Virus record (IMG/VR): IMGVR_UViG_3300022179_001846
Location: 1 to 56,876 of that record
Reading direction: 5' to 3' (one strand)
DNA: 56,876 nucleotides
Source: a virus
Lineage: Duplodnaviria; Caudoviricetes
Shown: in pieces, positions 53,411 to 56,876 of the stretch
How positions within the stretch are numbered: position 1 is the stretch's first letter
How the letters are laid out: each line of letters begins with the position of its first letter
Made by a program: the position numbers and the translations under genes
The notes under the pieces: generated by a model
The model's input: the letters and a program-made list of their open reading frames with translations, nothing else
Database searches by the model: none
Told to the model about the DNA's origin: nothing

Positions 53411-55793
53411 CCGACTTCGCCTTCGGCTTCATGCGCGCGATCTCCTTCTCGTGCGCATGCTGAGCCTCGCGCTCGCTCGTCGCGTGCGCCTGCGAGGCCT
53501 TGGTCTTCATCAGGTCGCCCACCAGACGCAGGTTCGCCTCCTGCAGCTCTGCCTGCCGTTCGAGGTCGCGGTTCTCGTCTTCCTTGAGCGCCCGCTCCTG
53601 CTTGAACTGCACGTCCTTCGCCTTCGAGGCGATGTCGGCAGCCTTCAGGGCCAGCTCTTGGCTCTTGTCCTCGGGCGGCGCCAGCCCCGTCGGGGGCTTG
53701 CTGGCCTCGATCTGCAGCTTGGCCTGCCCGAGCTGGCCGTCCTGCTGCAGCTTCGCCTGATCGAGCTGCATCTTGGCGGCGTCAGCCTGCGCCTTCATCT
53801 GCAGACCCTCGCGCTTGATCTGCTGGTCGCTGTGCTTGAGCTTCAGCTCCTCGATGCCCTTCAGGACTTCGGGCGGGGGCTGGTTCATGGCCGCCGGCGG
53901 CGCGAAGAACTGCTCCGGGTTGTTCCACCCCAGCGCCTGCAGCGCCGCCGTGTCGACGGCCTTGGCATCGTACAGCTGCGGGCTCATGCCCTGCAGCTGC
54001 TTCAGGGCCATGACCTTGATGATGCGCTGCGTGTGGCTCGCCGTGTTCGGGTCCGCCTGCGGCACCAGCGACTGCGCGTACATGTCGAGCGCGTCGCGGA
54101 AGGTCTTCTCGTCCCACGCGAAGGCCGGCTTGCGATTGCGCTGCCAGAAGCTCTTCGGGTTCTCCTTGAAGCACTTGACGAGGAGCTGGAACTCCTCGGC
54201 CTGCGCCGCGTGCATGCGCTTGTGGACGCTGTTCAGGATCTTCTGCGCCTGCTCGATCAGCGCCAACGTCGTGCCCACGGGCGCGTCGGCGCGGCCCTCG
54301 CCGACCTGCTGCTCGCTCGTGCCGCCCAGCCGGGATCCGGTCGTGGCGATGTTGTCGACGAGCGTCATCAGCGCGCCGCTCGGCTCCTTGTAGGGGAGCG
54401 GCATGATCGCCTGATTGAGCGGCATGCCGCCCGTCTTCACGAGGGCGCCGCCGCCCGGCGGGACGCGGAAGATGTTGGTGTTCTGGCGGCCGCCGGCGTC
54501 GCTGAACAGGAAGCCCGGGAAGTTCGCGAACATGCCCGCGTCGAGCAGCTCGCGCCACGCCGCGGTGATCGCGTTGGTCGTGTTGCCGAGGATGTGCAGG
54601 AGGCCGATGGGATAGAAGCCGAAGCCCGGCACGAACATGTACGGCACGAACACGGGGCGCGCTTCGGGCAGCTCTGCGGTGTCCTCGTCGTAGTTGCGGA
54701 CGACCGACAGGATCTGCTTCGAGCTGACGTCGATGGTCACGCGCCACGGGATTTCGAGGCCGCTCTCCTTGCCCTTCCATTTGTGCTCGAAGCCCTTGAT
54801 GTTCAGCTCGCAGTAGCACTCGAAGATCTCGCGGTCGCGGTCCTCCGGGTTCAGCGCCTCGGGCTCGACGCCCTGTTGCGCCTTCTTCTCGCGCTGCGCG
54901 CTGTCGAGATCCTGCGGCAACGGCGCCGAGAGCTGGATGTCGCGGTAGACGCCGAGGATCTGCAGGCGTTTCACCGTCGAGGGCCGCATCATCACGCGAT
55001 GCGTCGCGCGCTTGGCGCTGCGTATGTCAGTCGCGGCCGCGTTGACGATCAGGTCTTCGGCATCAATCGATTCGCTGACCGGCCGGTTACGCAGCGGGCA
55101 GAAATACACCTTCTTGAACGAGAGGCCGCCGAAGCCAAGCATCAGCAGCATGCGGTCGGTGTCGGGGTAGTACTCGGTCGCGATAGCCGTCAGGTAGTGG
55201 TTGAGATCCTTCTCCAGCGCATCAGCCATCTGGTTGGTCTGGTGCGTGCCGTTGTTGTCGTCGATCCTGATCTTGACCGGGCCGTCGGTCGGCAGCATCT
55301 CGGAGCGCGCGTTCGCCTGAAAGCGCAGCACGGCTTCGAGCAGCAGCGGGTGGCGAACGCGGTTCATACCCTCCACCGGCGCGCCCTCGGCGGAACCGCC
55401 GATGCCCGGCACCTCGATCTTCAGGCCCAGCAGCTTGATGCCCTGCGCGCGGTCTTCGATCCAGTCCTTGCGACTGTCGTTGTCGTCGCCGATGCCACGG
55501 ATCAGCTCGTCGGCGATGCGCGACAGCTCGCCCTCGTCGATCTTGTCGACGATGTTGCCAAACCACTCGGCGTTGTCTTCGTCGGCGCTCTCCTCGACCG
55601 GCTTGCCGTCGAGGCTGATCGTGATGCTACCGTCGTCGTGTTCGATCTGGATGACGTTGCCCTTGTCGTCGAGGTGCTCGACGTCGGCGCCCTCGGGCGC
55701 GTTCTCGACGACGATATCCTCGCCCGGCGGAAGCTCGTCGGGGTCAGGCTGGACCAAACGGATCGAGGGGCTCAGCCCCGGCACTAACGCCAT
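53403..55793 (-). CDS. Portal protein
   Basis: 796 aa, first gene after terL; SRKDW, HPLLLEAV.RFQA, FKKVY, PLPYKEPS, APVGTTLAL, VHKRMH. Confidence 0.85.
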   Translation of the reverse strand: MALVPGLSPSIRLVQPDPDELPPGEDIVVENAPEGADVEHLDDKGNVIQIEHDDGSITISLDGKPVEESADEDNAEWFGNIVDKIDEGELSRIADELIRGIGDDNDSRKDWIEDRAQGIKLLGLKIEVPGIGGSAEGAPVEGMNRVRHPLLLEAVLRFQANARSEMLPTDGPVKIRIDDNNGTHQTNQMADALEKDLNHYLTAIATEYYPDTDRMLLMLGFGGLSFKKVYFCPLRNRPVSESIDAEDLIVNAAATDIRSAKRATHRVMMRPSTVKRLQILGVYRDIQLSAPLPQDLDSAQREKKAQQGVEPEALNPEDRDREIFECYCELNIKGFEHKWKGKESGLEIPWRVTIDVSSKQILSVVRNYDEDTAELPEARPVFVPYMFVPGFGFYPIGLLHILGNTTNAITAAWRELLDAGMFANFPGFLFSDAGGRQNTNIFRVPPGGGALVKTGGMPLNQAIMPLPYKEPSGALMTLVDNIATTGSRLGGTSEQQVGEGRADAPVGTTLALIEQAQKILNSVHKRMHAAQAEEFQLLVKCFKENPKSFWQRNRKPAFAWDEKTFRDALDMYAQSLVPQADPNTASHTQRIIKVMALKQLQGMSPQLYDAKAVDTAALQALGWNNPEQFFAPPAAMNQPPPEVLKGIEELKLKHSDQQIKREGLQMKAQADAAKMQLDQAKLQQDGQLGQAKLQIEASKPPTGLAPPEDKSQELALKAADIASKAKDVQFKQERALKEDENRDLERQAELQEANLRLVGDLMKTKASQAHATSEREAQHAHEKEIARMKPKAKSDG

Positions 55794-55892
55794 TCAGAAA
55801 CCTCGTGGGAATGCAAGGATAACACACCGGGCGTCATTCAGAATAGTGACAGATTGTCAAGAGCATTGTTCGCTGGATCAAGGACTTGGGTT

Positions 55893-55901
55893 TGTTATGG
55901 T
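55893..55901 (+). promoter_or_regulatory. Candidate extended -10 promoter for the tRNA-like RNA
   Basis: TGnTATGGT located 4-6 nt before the 5' stem. Confidence 0.4.
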
Positions 55902-55904
55902 GAC

Positions 55905-56015
55905 GTGTCGCGGCGGCGTGGAAGGACACGCAGCTACGAGAAAGTACGTGGTAGATCTCGCCAATACTAGTCACGGTAGAGCCACGCAGCCGGCATCGAG
56001 CCCGGTCCGCGACAC
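55905..56015 (+). ncRNA. tRNA-like structured RNA with expanded anticodon domain
   Basis: GTGTCGCGG/CCGCGACAC closing stem; D-like arm GCGTG-GAAGGA-CACGC; T-like arm GCCGG-CATCGAGC-CCGGT. Confidence 0.55.
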
Positions 56016-56873
56016 TTAAATCCCATACAGGCTCGCCGGCGGCGCGCCCCTATGCCGAAGGCTTTCACCCACCTCGGCAATATGCTCGCTGCTGCGCGTC
56101 AGCATCGAGGCCTGCCGCAGATGCGTCAGGGCCTGCGATACGGTGTCGACGAGGTCGTCGTGCTTGCCGCGGGGGAACGTCGTGGTCTGCCCTATGACCA
56201 TCTCGGCCCACTGGCGGTCGGGGGCGAAGATCATGCCCTCGGCGAACAGGTGCTGCACGGCGTATACGCGCGCGACCTTGTCGAGCATGCCCGGATTGAC
56301 GAGCTGGACGGCGAAACCGTCGTAGCCGAAGAGGCGGCGCAGCTCCTGCGCAACAGAGTGTCCAGCACTCTTATCTTCGATCAGGAGCCGGTCGACCTTC
56401 ATCTCCTTGCAGGTCCGCTGGACGCGCAGGACGAGGTCGTGCAGCTCAAGCCGCTCCTGCCAAGCCTGCATCAGCATCACCTTGGGCGCCTGATTGCCGT
56501 ACTCGCGCGGGTCGACGTTGGTCAGGCGCTCGCCTCTGATGACCTGCTTCGAGGGCTGCGCGACGGTGTCGGACGTGAAGATGCCCCACACGGTCAGTGC
56601 GCTGAAGTCGTTTTCTTGCTTCGTCGTGAAGGCGGTGTCGAGCGAGGCGACGACGTAGTCGAACTGAGGGAAGTGCGGCGCATCATGCAGCTGCCACCAG
56701 TCGCGCTTGATGATGCCGCCGCCCTTCGGTTCCGGGCGCTGCTGCAGCTGGCCGGCAGCCTTCCACGGGCCCAGCCGCTTCTTCAGCACCTCGACCTGCT
56801 CCGCCGCGAAGCGTTCGGGCCACAGCAGCTCGCCTGCCTCGCTGCGCGGGTCTTCCCAGCCGATGCTGGTGAT
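56016..56873 (-). CDS. terL: Terminase large subunit, C-terminal nuclease part
   Basis: QLQQRPEP, SLDTAF, DFSA, IEDKSAG, FPRGKHDDLVD: RNase H-like terminase nuclease motifs. Confidence 0.93.
   Translation of the reverse strand: MTSIGWEDPRSEAGELLWPERFAAEQVEVLKKRLGPWKAAGQLQQRPEPKGGGIIKRDWWQLHDAPHFPQFDYVVASLDTAFTTKQENDFSALTVWGIFTSDTVAQPSKQVIRGERLTNVDPREYGNQAPKVMLMQAWQERLELHDLVLRVQRTCKEMKVDRLLIEDKSAGHSVAQELRRLFGYDGFAVQLVNPGMLDKVARVYAVQHLFAEGMIFAPDRQWAEMVIGQTTTFPRGKHDDLVDTVSQALTHLRQASMLTRSSEHIAEVGESLRHRGAPPASLYGI
56754..56873. repeat. Terminal 120-bp direct repeat (copy 2)
   Basis: Identical to positions 2-121. Confidence 0.95.
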
Positions 56874-56876
56874 TCT

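Noticed and set aside
46353-55787. Long plus-strand ORFs (46353..48764, 50234..52897, 53361..55787)
   Set aside because: Antisense shadows of GC3-biased real genes; no motifs or RBS
1-56876. Lysogeny module, alternative genetic code, canonical tRNAs
   Set aside because: No integrase motifs seen; genes are full length under code 11; no standard cloverleaf found by eye (tRNAscan not run)

Overview
This window is an apparently complete, circularly permuted, GC-rich tailed-phage genome of about 56.75 kb. A 120-bp overlap (2-121 = 56754-56873) joins the ends inside the terminase large subunit gene. The morphogenesis module looks podovirus-like: there are ejection proteins and a P22 gp10-like tail protein, and no recognisable tape measure or sheath. 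No integrase was seen. Layout: (i) terS/terL region, minus strand, ~1-4.1 kb; (ii) early region of small genes behind repeated sigma70-promoter/RBS modules, plus strand, 4.4-9.3 kb; (iii) replication genes, 9.4-20.8 kb: adenine MTase, SNF2 helicase, VRR-NUC, DUF2800 nuclease, SSB, PolA, primase-helicase; (iv) a minus-strand virion/lysis operon, 55.8 down to 20.8 kb. The most striking signal is the PolA intein (15174-16049). Its interior carries a complete HNH endonuclease gene in the +1 frame, with RBS/start and stop codons formed by conserved intein-block codons, while the intein frame stays open. Other highlights: a recurrent xxGG motif that punctuates domain boundaries across many virion proteins (possible polyprotein processing or packaging signal); a 1565-aa polyvalent ART-domain protein next to the portal; a tRNA-like RNA between terL and portal; and an MTase cassette flanked by a 65-bp duplication of the helicase 3' end. 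All family assignments come from motif recognition by eye, not from database searches.
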